Part shown: positions 9,728-17,221 of the stretch, one piece after another
Numbering within the stretch: position 1 is the first letter of the stretch
Layout: each line of letters begins with the position of its first letter
NCBI GenBank assembly: GCA_027320085.1
Contig: DAHVLZ010000045.1
Span: 1 to 35,656 of the forward strand
Direction: 5' to 3'
DNA: 35,656 nucleotides
Source: Pseudomonadota bacterium
Lineage (GTDB): Bacteria; Pseudomonadota; Gammaproteobacteria; JAKAQQ01
The notes under the pieces: model-generated
Told to the model about the DNA's origin: nothing
The model's input: the letters and a program-made list of their open reading frames with translations, nothing else
Database searches by the model: none
Translations under genes and position numbers: made by a program

Positions 9728-10678
9728 TCAATACCCGAGCAACAGATGGACCAGTAGTCCGAGAACCGCAAGCAGAAATGCGGTGGCCAGGAATTCGGGC
9801 ACACGGAAGATGCGCATCTTGGCATTGATCGCTTCAATCAGGGCAAGACCCAAGCCTGCGACCAGAAGCTTGAAGAACAGGGCGGGGACCGCCAGCAGGA
9901 GGGCAAGCGGGCCACCCAGGCCCTGCGCCAGGCCCCAGGGGACGAAAAGCGCAAGCCCGATGCACATGTAGTTCAAAAGCTTGAGAGATGATGACCATTC
10001 GATCAGTGCAAGATGGCGTGCGGAATATTCGAGCACGGTCGCTTCGTGGATCATGGTGAGTTCAAGATGGGTGGACGGGTTATCCACGGGAATCCGGGCG
10101 TTTTCGGCAAGGAGCACCATCAGAAAGGAAACGCTGGCAAAGGCGAGGCTCGGATAGATCGCCAGACGGCCGTGTGCAAGCACACCGACAATCGTGGGGA
10201 ACGATGTGCTATGGGAGATCAGCGATGCGGTGAAGAACACCATCAGCAAGGCAGGTTCTGCAAGAAATCCGACCAGCATTTCGCGCCGAGCGCCCATTGA
10301 GCCAAACGCGGTGCCGATATCCATGGCCCCGAGTGCCAGAAACATGCGCGCCATGGCAAACAAGCCGACCAGTGCGATGGTATCCGCCGCTGTGGCAAAA
10401 GGGAGACCGGTCCAGAGGGAGGGGATGATCCCCGCGGCGAGAGCCATCGACGCAAACTCGATGTAGGGCACGAGCCGAAACAGGGAGGATGCATTCGTGG
10501 CGATGACCGCATCCTTGTGGAACAGCTTCCGGATCACGCGGTAGGGCTGCAGAATACCCGGACCACGACGGTTCTGGAGCCACGCACGGCACTGGTTGAC
10601 CCAACCCGTCAACAAGGGGGCAATCCCGATCGCGAACAGGATGGCCACGGACTGCATGAGGTAAGAGCGGGCGTTCAC
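9728..10678 (-). CDS. hyfC: HyfC/HycD (NuoH-like) membrane subunit
   Basis: LQNRRGPGILQPY..KLFHK, GTAFGSMGARRE, AENARIPVDNPSTHLELTMIHE and EYSARHLAL. The GTG start overlaps the hyfB stop (GTGA). Confidence 0.88.
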   Translation of the reverse strand: MNARSYLMQSVAILFAIGIAPLLTGWVNQCRAWLQNRRGPGILQPYRVIRKLFHKDAVIATNASSLFRLVPYIEFASMALAAGIIPSLWTGLPFATAADTIALVGLFAMARMFLALGAMDIGTAFGSMGARREMLVGFLAEPALLMVFFTASLISHSTSFPTIVGVLAHGRLAIYPSLAFASVSFLMVLLAENARIPVDNPSTHLELTMIHEATVLEYSARHLALIEWSSSLKLLNYMCIGLALFVPWGLAQGLGGPLALLLAVPALFFKLLVAGLGLALIEAINAKMRIFRVPEFLATAFLLAVLGLLVHLLLGY

Positions 10679-12681
10679 AGGACAAAAACAAGAAGCGCGA
10701 GAAGCGTCAGGAAACTGAAAAGCAAATACACTGCGATCCGGCCCTGCTGGATCCTGGCCGCCAGCCGGGAGAGCCGGTCAATCAGGGCGTTGAGCGGCGC
10801 ATATAGCCAGCTCCAGAAGTGGTCGTCCACCTGGACCCGGTAATGGGGCGCACCGTCAAAGGGGCCGGGCAGTTCGCGCCGGATACGGAAAAAAGACTCG
10901 AAGATCTGGCGGATCGGTTGTCCGAAGCCTTCCGCCGTGTCTTGCATGCGTGCCGTCATCACCGGAAAACCGCACCCCCAGGGTATCGTCCGGCGGACCT
11001 TTCCCTGATAGACGAGGCGGACCACGGTCATCACGATCAGGACGAGCCCGACCGTGCTCAACAGGAAGAGAACCGGACTGTAGGAGGCCCGTTGCGGGGT
11101 GATGGGGGCGAGCAACCACCAGTGTTTAAGCTGCCCGCCGAGAGAGGCACCCAGCAACTTTTGGGTGAGTCCATCAAAAAGCGCGAGAACCGAAACCGGG
11201 ATGATCCCGAGCAGCACGCAGCCGAACGCGAGCCAGAGAAGGGCGGCCCGTTCAAGACGTCCGCAGTCATGGGCCTCCCGCAGGGCAGGTTCGCGGGGCT
11301 GTCCGAGAAAAATCACTCCGTAGAATTTGACCATCACATAGGCAGCCAAGGCTGAGACCAGCGCGAGCGCTGCGGCGCCGATCGGCAGCAGCATGTTGAT
11401 GAAACTATGGGGCAGATTGGGAGTAAACAGGAAAGCCTGGAATAACAACCATTCGGAGACGAAACCGCTCAGCGGCGGCAGTCCAGCGATGGCAAGTGTA
11501 CCCACCAGGGTCAGCCAGGCCACCCAGGGCATCCGGTGAATCAGCCCACCGAGCTTCCCCAGACTGCGCTCACGGGTGGCATGCAGCACCGAACCGGTGC
11601 TGAGAAACAGCAAGCTTTTCGAAAACGCATGCGTCAGGCAGTGGTAGAGCGTGGCAACCAAAGCGAGTGTCGCGAGAAAATCCATGTGAAACGCGTGGAA
11701 AATGATGGTGAGACCGACACCGGTGAAAACGATACCGATGTTCTCGATCGAGGAATAAGCCAGCAGGCGTTTCATGTCGGTTTGGACCGCAGCAAACACC
11801 ACACCCAACACCGCGCTGAACAAACCGAGTGTGAGCGTGAGCAGACCCCACCACCAGATCTGGGGGTGAAGGAAGCCGAACGTGACCCGGAGCAGGCCAT
11901 AGACTGCCACCTCCAGCATGACGCCGCTCATCAGCGCCGAGACCGGGGAGGGGGCGGCCGGGTGCGCCTCGGGAAGCCAGACGTGCAACGGCACGAGCCC
12001 GGCCTTGGTGCCAAACCCTAGCAGTGCGAGCAGAAACGCGAGAGTGCCCCACAGGGGTGTGAGATGGGCCTCACGCATGGCATCAAAAGTGAGATTCCAT
12101 CCCCCACCCTGGAGGATTCCGAAACAGAGCAGGATAGCGAGGGCACCGACATGCGCGATGATCAGGTAAATGAATCCGGCGCGACGGATCTCTGGAAGCC
12201 TGTGTTGGGTCGTGACCAGGAAATAGGAAGAGAGCGCCATGACTTCCCAGGCAACCATAAACGTGTAGGCATCGTTCGCCATGAGCACGACCGCCATGCT
12301 CGCCAGGAAGACGTGGTATTGCAGGCCCATCAGTCCCGCAGGAGTCCCATCCCCCGGGCGAAAATAGCCAGCGGAGAACAGGCTGATGCCGGCCGAGGTG
12401 AAGCCGAGCAGCATCAGAAAGAAACGCGACAGGTCGTCCAACCGCAGATGAAACGGTAGCCGGGGCAAACCGAAGGGCAGAACCAGGGTCTGCGCCGGGA
12501 GTGACAAATCCTTGAGCGCCCAGACGCCGAGAATGAGTCCCACGATGGCGCTCGCCGGAAACAGGATGCGTCCGAGCCACCGCAGGTTGCGAATGCGCAT
12601 GAGCCCGAGCACCGCGATCACAAGCCAGGCCACCGGAATCAGCGCAATTCCAGGAAACACTCCCCTTGTTATATCGGGCAT
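10675..12681 (-). CDS. hyfB: Hydrogenase-4 subunit B-like (NuoL/MrpA-related) antiporter-type membrane subunit
   Basis: AWEVMALSSYFLV, GFGTKAGLVPLHVWLPEAHPAAPSPVSALMSG, KRLLAYSSIENIG, GLPPLSGFVSEW and WGCG...RMQDTAEGFGQP. Confidence 0.9.
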   Translation of the reverse strand: MPDITRGVFPGIALIPVAWLVIAVLGLMRIRNLRWLGRILFPASAIVGLILGVWALKDLSLPAQTLVLPFGLPRLPFHLRLDDLSRFFLMLLGFTSAGISLFSAGYFRPGDGTPAGLMGLQYHVFLASMAVVLMANDAYTFMVAWEVMALSSYFLVTTQHRLPEIRRAGFIYLIIAHVGALAILLCFGILQGGGWNLTFDAMREAHLTPLWGTLAFLLALLGFGTKAGLVPLHVWLPEAHPAAPSPVSALMSGVMLEVAVYGLLRVTFGFLHPQIWWWGLLTLTLGLFSAVLGVVFAAVQTDMKRLLAYSSIENIGIVFTGVGLTIIFHAFHMDFLATLALVATLYHCLTHAFSKSLLFLSTGSVLHATRERSLGKLGGLIHRMPWVAWLTLVGTLAIAGLPPLSGFVSEWLLFQAFLFTPNLPHSFINMLLPIGAAALALVSALAAYVMVKFYGVIFLGQPREPALREAHDCGRLERAALLWLAFGCVLLGIIPVSVLALFDGLTQKLLGASLGGQLKHWWLLAPITPQRASYSPVLFLLSTVGLVLIVMTVVRLVYQGKVRRTIPWGCGFPVMTARMQDTAEGFGQPIRQIFESFFRIRRELPGPFDGAPHYRVQVDDHFWSWLYAPLNALIDRLSRLAARIQQGRIAVYLLFSFLTLLALLVFVL

Positions 12682-12774
12682 CGTGGCGACACTACTGGTG
12701 GCGGACCGGGCTGCACATCAAACCGGATCGATCCGCAAAAGCGACCTTGAATATGCATCCGTACGCCTGCGGTC

Positions 12775-12819
12775 TTGACATCGACCTGATTTGATTATTA
12801 TCCTAGCACATTACAATGT
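12775..12819 (+). promoter_or_regulatory. Divergent promoter region: TTGACA-18-TATCCT plus palindrome ACATT-AC-AATGT (candidate RHH operator)
   Basis: TTGACA at 12775-12780, TATCCT at 12799-12804, and a perfect inverted repeat at 12808-12819, all in an AT-rich intergenic stretch. Confidence 0.5.
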
Positions 12820-12837
12820 AAGTTTAAAGCACATCTC

Positions 12838-13035
12838 ATGATACTTGAAAACAGAACCGCCCGACTCACCGTCCTGATCGACCCCCGCAAGAAAGCGGTG
12901 TTCGAAAAGCTCTGCGCAGAAGAGGACCTGACCCCCTCGCAGATGGTGCGTAAACTGGTGCGGGAATACATCGAACGCCGTACGGGACGGCCATGGGAAC
13001 CCCGCGAATATGACGAGAGAGAAGGACCCGGCTGA
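12838..13035 (+). CDS. CopG/ribbon-helix-helix transcriptional regulator
   Basis: 65 aa with a beta strand TARLTVLID followed by two helices (KKAVFEKLCAEEDLTPSQMVRKLVREYI). It is divergent from hyfB. Confidence 0.85.
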   Translation: MILENRTARLTVLIDPRKKAVFEKLCAEEDLTPSQMVRKLVREYIERRTGRPWEPREYDEREGPG

Positions 13036-13056
13036 ACCCCAACCGGACTCCCCCCC

Positions 13057-13080
13057 CCGGGACATGAATCCCGGTTTGCT
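13057..13080 (+). terminator. Intrinsic terminator of the RHH gene
   Basis: CCGGGA-CATGAA-TCCCGG followed by TTTGCTTT, about 20 nt after the stop. Confidence 0.6.
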
Positions 13081-13268
13081 TTCTCGCAGTCATTCTTGGA
13101 AAGGATCGGGAGGAGCGCAGAGCAGAGCTGCAACCAGGTCCTTCGGATTTTTCTGATGTCAGCCTGTCATGGGACGGCCCCCGCCGGCTGCAGCCAACTC
13201 ACTTTCTGGAACGGTTGCACCCCGCGACCGGGCTGGTTATATTAGCCCGATCGTCGTATCTGGAACCC

Positions 13269-14858
13269 ATGGGCATGCAACGCCGGGCACGCGTGGCGCT
13301 CGTCCTGGCGGGCGCGGTAGTGTTGTTGGGTGGACAGTGGCTTCTCCAACATCAAAAAGGCCGGCGGACCGAGATTCGGAGAGGCCATGCCCAAGCATCC
13401 CATTTCCGGCTGGGACAGATTGACTTCACATCGTGCAGACTCAAGGCGCTGGAGTCCGCACAGACCACCTCGGCCTGGTGCGCATCGTTTATCCGACCCG
13501 AGAACCCGGCCGACCCGTCGGGTCGGAAAATCCATCTACGCCTGGCACTGATCCGCAGTACCGCCGTACGGCCGGCGACCGATCTCGTGGTGTTCCTGGC
13601 CGGGGGCCCCGGGCAATCCGCCGTCGACATCGGGCCGGAGATTCCCCAGTTCTTGAAGCCGGTACTCGAACACCGCGATGTCGTGCTTTTGGATCAACGC
13701 GGGACGGGTGGCTCTCACCCGCTGTCTTGTCCGGAGGTGGAACACGCAACCCAAGCCGCAGAGAGGAGACGATGGTCCGCACATCCGATGTGGCGGGAGC
13801 GGGAAACCCCGGCTGACCGCCACGAACGCCAGGCTGCCGAGCTTCGGAGCTGTCTCGCAGAAATCGAGAAAACCGCCGATCCGCGCGACTTCACCACGAC
13901 TGATGCGGTGGATGATCTCATCGCCCTGCGCCACGCACTCGGTGACCCGCGCTTCGATCTGGTGGGAGTGTCCTACGGCACCCTGGTGGCCCAGCAATAC
14001 GCCATGCGTGATCCGGCCGGCGTACGCAGCATCGTGCTTGACAGTGTCGTCCCGAACACGTTGATCATCGGGGAAAGCGTCGCCCGCAACCTTGAGAATG
14101 CACTCAAGGCCGACTTCAGTTTGTGTGACGCCGAGCCCGCCTGCATCAAAGCCTTCGGCAATCCCTTCAATGACCTTGAGAAACTGCGCGCACGTCTCAT
14201 CCGACATCCCGTGGTGGTGACCTATCGCGACCCCATCACCAATAGGCAGCGGTCAGCCACCTTGAACGAAAACACGCTGGCCCGCGTGGTACGCCTGTTT
14301 GCTTACTCACCCCAGACAGCCGCCTTGCTGCCCCTCACCTTGCATCAAGCCCTGACCCAACACTATGGGCCCCTGATGGCGCAATCCCGGCTGGTCGCAG
14401 GCAAGCTCGGTCTGTCATCGATTAATCCCTTTGTGGGACTGTCTGTGATCTGCACCGAGGATGCGCCCTGGTTCAAGCCAAAACCGACCGGAAAAGGAAC
14501 TGTGCTGGGGAGACGCTTCCTTCGCAATCTCAGACGGCAATGCGCGATTTGGCCTCACGGGCGGGTGCCCGCGAACTTCCACCAGCCACTCAGGACGGAT
14601 ATCCCCACACTGATTCTTGAGGGCCAGTACGACCCCATTACCCCACCCCGCTACGGTCGGGAGGTGCTGACACATCTTGGCGATGCGCGTCTTCTGATTG
14701 CACGCGGGCAAGGTCACGCCGTGCTCGGCGTCGGGTGCACGCCCCGATTGGTGGGCGAATTCATCGCCCATCTCAAGCCCAGGGCCCTGGACGCACAATG
14801 CCTCGATACGCTGCGACCCGCACCCCCTTTCGTCAGTTTCAATGGACCGACCCCATGA
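13269..14858 (+). CDS. Alpha/beta hydrolase, TAP-like (peptidase S33 family), N-terminally anchored or secreted
   Basis: LAGGPGQSA oxyanion loop, DQRGTG, nucleophile GVSYG, GQYDPITP (Asp) and GQGH (His). Hydrophobic N-terminus. The start could be ATG 13269 or 13275. Confidence 0.85.
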   Translation: MGMQRRARVALVLAGAVVLLGGQWLLQHQKGRRTEIRRGHAQASHFRLGQIDFTSCRLKALESAQTTSAWCASFIRPENPADPSGRKIHLRLALIRSTAVRPATDLVVFLAGGPGQSAVDIGPEIPQFLKPVLEHRDVVLLDQRGTGGSHPLSCPEVEHATQAAERRRWSAHPMWRERETPADRHERQAAELRSCLAEIEKTADPRDFTTTDAVDDLIALRHALGDPRFDLVGVSYGTLVAQQYAMRDPAGVRSIVLDSVVPNTLIIGESVARNLENALKADFSLCDAEPACIKAFGNPFNDLEKLRARLIRHPVVVTYRDPITNRQRSATLNENTLARVVRLFAYSPQTAALLPLTLHQALTQHYGPLMAQSRLVAGKLGLSSINPFVGLSVICTEDAPWFKPKPTGKGTVLGRRFLRNLRRQCAIWPHGRVPANFHQPLRTDIPTLILEGQYDPITPPRYGREVLTHLGDARLLIARGQGHAVLGVGCTPRLVGEFIAHLKPRALDAQCLDTLRPAPPFVSFNGPTP

Positions 14859-15589
14859 TCGACGTTGAAAAACTGCGCAAGTCCTTTGGTTCCGTCAAAG
14901 CCGTGGATGACGTGAGCTTCGTGGCACGCGATGGAGAAATCACCGGGCTGGTCGGCCCGAATGGCGCCGGGAAAACGACCACCCTGCGCATGCTGTACAC
15001 GTTGATGAAGCCCGATGACGGCAGCATCCGTGTGGATGGTCTCGATGCCGTGGCCGATCCGCTCTTGGTGAGACGCAGGCTGGGCGTCCTGCCGGATGCC
15101 CGCGGCCTCTACAAGCGCCTGAGCGCCCGCGAGAACATCGCCTACTTTGGGCGTCTGCAAGGGCTGGATGAGGAAATCCTACGAACACGCAGCGATGCCT
15201 TGATCAACGCTCTGGACATTCGTGACATCGCCGACCGGAAGACCGAGGGCTTCTCGCAGGGGGAGCGGGTCAAGACCGCGATCGCGCGTGCCCTGGTGCA
15301 CAATCCCAAGAATCTGATCCTGGATGAACCCACCAACGGTCTCGACGTGATGTCCACCCGGTCACTCCGGGAATTCCTGTTTCACCTGCGCAGCGAGGGA
15401 CATTGCGTGCTTTTTTCGAGCCACATCATGCAAGAGGTGGTGGCCTTGTGCGATCGGGTGGTGGTAATTGCGCACGGCCGGGTGGTGGCGGATGCACCGC
15501 CACAGACCCTGCGCGAGCGCGCTGGCGCAGCCAGCCTGGAGGACGCCTTCGTCGAGATTATCCGGCAAAGCGAGAACGCTGCCGCCTGA
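14855..15589 (+). CDS. ABC transporter ATP-binding protein, NatA-like
   Basis: ATGA overlap with the hydrolase stop. GPNGAGKTT, FSQGERVK signature, LILDEPTNGLD and FSSHIMQEV. Confidence 0.9.
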   Translation: MIDVEKLRKSFGSVKAVDDVSFVARDGEITGLVGPNGAGKTTTLRMLYTLMKPDDGSIRVDGLDAVADPLLVRRRLGVLPDARGLYKRLSARENIAYFGRLQGLDEEILRTRSDALINALDIRDIADRKTEGFSQGERVKTAIARALVHNPKNLILDEPTNGLDVMSTRSLREFLFHLRSEGHCVLFSSHIMQEVVALCDRVVVIAHGRVVADAPPQTLRERAGAASLEDAFVEIIRQSENAAA

Positions 15590-15618
15590 GTGCCACGCGG
15601 ATTCACACGGGAGACCCC

Positions 15619-16794
15619 ATGCACGCTGCACTAACCGTATTCAGAAAGGAAGTCACGGAGAACCTGCGGGATCGGCGCACGATCATGAATGCCCTGGTGC
15701 GCTCCCCCTTGCTGGGCCCGCTCTTGTTTTTGATCCTCTTCAACCTGCAGATCAACCTCTTGTTGAAGAATGCAAACAAGCCGCTGCCGGTGCCGGTGGT
15801 GGGCGCCGCCAATGCACCGCATCTTGTCGCCGCCCTGACCGGGATGGGAATGGTACCCGAACCGGCGCCGGAAAATCCGGAAACCGCCGTGCGCAACCAG
15901 CGGGACAAGGTGGTACTGGTGATTCCCCACGACTACGCGCGGTATTGGAATCGCGGGGAAACGGCGTCTGTGCGCCTCATCTATGACTCCTCGGATCGGG
16001 CGAGTACCCAATCCTTCCAGCGATTGCGCAGGATGCTCATGGGCTACATCAAGGTCACCGCCGCCCAGCGTCTCCTGGCCCGGGGTCTTTCACCCAGCGT
16101 CGCCCTGCCCTTGGCGCCGGAGAAGCAAAACCTGTCCACGCCGCAGTCGCGAGGGGCCATGCTCTTCTCGATTCTGCCGTACTTCATCGTGCTGACCACC
16201 TTCCTGGGGGGGATGTACTTGGCAATCGACACCACCTCCGGCGAGCGCGAGCGGCAGTCGCTCGAACCCCTCTTGGCGAACCCGGTGCCGCGCTCGAGTG
16301 TACTGGCAGGCAAACTCGGAGCCACGGCCTTGTTCGCCCTGATCAGTCTGGCACTCGGTGTGATCGGGTTTTCAGTAGCGGGGCACTTCATGGATGTCGG
16401 CAAGCTCAACATCGTGCTCGACCTGGGGATGCATTTCTTTGTTTTCACTCTCCTTTTGATGCTCCCTTTGGTCCTGCTCCTCGCCTGCCTGCAGACCCTG
16501 GTTGCAGCCTTTGCCAAGAGCTTCCGCGAGGCGGTGACCTACCTTTCGCTCTTGATGTTCCTGCTCGTCTTCCCTTCCGTGCTACTCGCGTTCATTCCGG
16601 TGAAAGCACGCCTGTGGATGTACGCCGTCCCGCTCATGGGACAGCAGCTGGGCATCATGCGCCTGTTACGAGGCCACACCCCCCGTGCTGTCGAAATCGC
16701 AGCCTGCCTCCTGGGCACCACGCTCGCGGCCGCCATCGTCTTCCTGGTCACGATACGGGCATATTCTTCGGAGCGGCTGGCCGTGTCGGCGTAA
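15619..16794 (+). CDS. ABC-2 type permease, NatB-like
   Basis: GGGAG RBS before ATG 15619. KE..ENLRDRRT, one TM plus a periplasmic loop plus several TMs, and AIDTTSGERERQSLEPLLANPV..GK. Confidence 0.88.
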   Translation: MHAALTVFRKEVTENLRDRRTIMNALVRSPLLGPLLFLILFNLQINLLLKNANKPLPVPVVGAANAPHLVAALTGMGMVPEPAPENPETAVRNQRDKVVLVIPHDYARYWNRGETASVRLIYDSSDRASTQSFQRLRRMLMGYIKVTAAQRLLARGLSPSVALPLAPEKQNLSTPQSRGAMLFSILPYFIVLTTFLGGMYLAIDTTSGERERQSLEPLLANPVPRSSVLAGKLGATALFALISLALGVIGFSVAGHFMDVGKLNIVLDLGMHFFVFTLLLMLPLVLLLACLQTLVAAFAKSFREAVTYLSLLMFLLVFPSVLLAFIPVKARLWMYAVPLMGQQLGIMRLLRGHTPRAVEIAACLLGTTLAAAIVFLVTIRAYSSERLAVSA

Positions 16795-16875
16795 GCGAGG
16801 GGAGGTCGAGCAGGATCGGGAAGCGTGCAGATCAAAATCAGGAAATCGGGAGAATACAACTCTCAGAATGATAGC

Positions 16876-16910
16876 AAATGAAAATAAAATCAATAAATTA
16901 AATCTTTAAT
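16876..16910 (+). promoter_or_regulatory. AT-rich tract with a perfect IHF consensus site and a palindrome
   Basis: Only 3 G/C in 35 nt. AATCAATAAATTA (16888-16900) matches WATCAANNNNTTR and has a 5' A-tract. ATTAAA-TC-TTTAAT forms an inverted repeat at 16897-16910. Confidence 0.55.
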
Positions 16911-16929
16911 CTAGACTGTAACGAAAGTT

Positions 16930-16970
16930 CTGGACGCACGCCTTGACTCCACGTCCAGCACTTTTCCTTT
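16930..16970 (+). terminator. Terminator-like hairpin
   Basis: CTGGACG-15nt-CGTCCAG followed by CACTTTTCCTTT. Confidence 0.4.
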
Positions 16971-17221
16971 CATCGCCCTGCGCGTGACCACACCCTCGGT
17001 CAACGAGACCTGGCGGACCTGATTGCACAGCGCCCTCCCCCCGTGTCCAGACAGCCCAGCCGCAGTCCGTGACATGACGACCTGAATCTTTCAGGACCCA
17101 AAGCTATCATGGCTGTACACGAAACGAATGCCCGGACGTTACTCAGGAACCACGGGTCGCTGACTGAAGCAACACAAAGGGCCCGTGGACCAGAACGATA
17201 AACGATTAAGGGAGGCATTTC

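Noticed and set aside
5533-12681. Functional [NiFe] hydrogenase-4 / formate hydrogenlyase
   Set aside because: Both CxxC Ni-binding motifs are missing, and there are no maturation or fdh genes in the window.
16911-16945. c-di-GMP-I riboswitch-like fragment (AAC-GAAA-GTT..GGACGCA)
   Set aside because: It lacks the GGCAAA 5' element, a proper P2 stem and the downstream GCAAAG/CUAA P3 features.
17011-17026. Sigma54 promoter TGGCGG...TTGC downstream of the IHF site
   Set aside because: The GG-to-GC spacing is 11 nt rather than the required 10.
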